DNA of 64,000 bases. It comes from Cyanophora paradoxa CCMP329. Taxonomy: Eukaryota; Plantae; Glaucophyta. The stretch's first letter is position 1; every line of letters begins with the position of its first letter. Of this stretch, positions 62,644 through 64,000 are shown piece by piece. The notes beneath the pieces were generated by a model that did no database searches, was not told where the DNA came from, and was given only the letters and a program-made list of their open reading frames with translations. The stretch spans positions 682,001-746,000 of the forward strand of contig QPMI01000416.1 in assembly GCA_004431415.1 (NCBI GenBank), given 5' to 3'. The position numbers and the translations under genes are program-made.

Positions 62644-63200
62644 CTACTTCCCGGATATCATCATAAGCGAGATATTGTCTCCTTTCAGCAAGATGCGGCC
62701 TGCGGGAGGCGGGGGCGGGGCATCAGCGGAGCACAATGGGCGCGATGGGCGGGAGCGTCTCGCACCCAGGGGTTTCCGGACGGACTTCTTGACGCTAATC
62801 TCCTCCGCGTCGTCAAGCACGAGGTTCATGTACTCGTCGAAGCCCTGCCGTGCGAGCCGGAGGCGGTCAGGGCGCGGGCTTCGCGATGGGCGGCTGACGG
62901 TCTCGCGCACGATGATCTGGCCTTCGACGCGAATGTCTGTGTTCTCGTACAGCCAGATCTGTATCCTGGATTTCTGTTCGAGCGGGGGAGTCGTAAGTAC
63001 GGGACTCGGCCATCGACGCACAAACCGCCCCGCTAGGCGTGCGAGGGAGCTTCACGATACGCACGTTTTGCAGAAACCTGAAAATCAGGTTCTGCGGGGC
63101 GGATCGGAGGCCGTCAGCGAGGGCGCGGGGACCGCGGCACGCGGGCGAAGCGCGGGCTCACGATGGGCTGTGTCATAATCTTCTGGAGCTTGGCCGCCAT
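62644..63200 (-). CDS. SNRPE: Small nuclear ribonucleoprotein E (SmE), 5 exons
   Basis: [13 protein letters not shown]|NLIFRFLQN|[21 protein letters not shown]|[16 protein letters not shown]...PL|[14 protein letters not shown]. Confidence 0.97.
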
Positions 63201-63535
63201 CTTGCCTGCCTGTCGCTGAACTGCTCTGGTTGCTGGTTAGGGGGGGAGTGTCGGATCGGGGGTACACGCAAAGAAAGGCTTGAGTGGGCTCGAAGTGGAT
63301 GTTAGTAGAAGTCGCAAGCATGCAAATTGCAGCTTCGGCCGTTGGGAACGGGCTGCACGGATCGATCAACGCGCAGATCGCGTGACGCTGATCAACATCG
63401 CGTGTCGACGTTGTCCCCTTCTCTCCCCGCGACGTCGGGGACGTAACGCTAGGAGGTGTGTCAATCAACCCGCCCCTGCAGGGGGGCTGCGTCCGGGCAT
63501 CAATCTAATGTCTTCTCGGCGCAGGACGTCTACCG

Positions 63536-64000
63536 ATGTCGTCGCTGATGCGAGCGCTGAAGCGCGCGCGGACTTCCCTCGAAGGTGAGCTGCGGCGGGG
63601 TCTTAGGACGCGCGGCTCGAGCCCTTGTCTCCGCATCCGAACGCTTTGGATCGTATTGAACAACGTGCCGCGCACGCAGGCGCGCTTAACGGGTTCGCGG
63701 CTTCGGCGGAGTCCTACGACGAGCTTGACGCGGTTGACTTGCGGCGCTCGGAGGAGCTCCGCGGGGCACCCCGATCTCTAAAAGGCAGCGAGAGCACCGA
63801 AGGAGCCTTGGTGGCGCGCGCGCCGGCGGCCGAGGCCCTGCTGGATTCGCTGCCCGACGGGGTCCTCTCGCGCATCCTCTTCTTCCTCTGCAGCGATGGC
63901 GCGCCCGGCCCGCCGCCGCCGCCGCCCGACGCGCGCTGATTCTACGAGCTCGTCACGCAGACGCGCCGGAGGAAACGCGGCCCGCCTCGATGGCGCAGTG
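63536..64000 (+). CDS. 5' part of a probable F-box protein; runs off the window
   Basis: MSSLMRALKRARTSLE, a GT-AG intron, then LLDSLPDGVLSRILFFL (F-box start motif). Confidence 0.5.

Noticed and set aside
362-63939. Most long Pro/Arg/Gly-rich ORFs in the supplied track
   Set aside because: These are shadow frames of GC-rich, intron-containing DNA. Real coding segments are short exons.

Overview
Eukaryotic, GC-rich and intron-dense DNA with short GT-AG and many GC-AG introns. The style suggests a unicellular alga or protist, possibly a glaucophyte, but this cannot be confirmed from the window. Recognisable housekeeping genes: an OCRL/INPP5B-type inositol 5-phosphatase, a PQ-loop transporter (PQLC1/SLC66A2-like), MOCS3/UBA4, SmE (SNRPE) and two F-box genes. 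Between them lies a dynamic block of about 36 kb (17.5-53 kb). (i) A secreted protein made of 8 near-identical ~200-aa modules with PT linkers. The module is clearly homologous, including shared intron positions, to three N-terminal modules of a secreted glycoside-hydrolase-like gene at the left edge. (ii) A Helentron/Helitron2-like element in one intron of that gene, itself carrying a CACTA element. (iii) A 9.9-kb, 5'-truncated non-LTR retrotransposon with a 256-bp target duplication. Its RNase H appears split by a ~1,200-codon insertion holding two Ulp1/C48-like protease domains. (iv) A 344-bp satellite of about 13 copies and a 1.3-kb duplication that ends in a second Helentron-type terminus. 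The PQ-loop gene also carries two alternative, paralogous C-terminal endings. Exon structures were assembled by eye. Many 1-nt indels sit in homopolymers and may be assembly errors.
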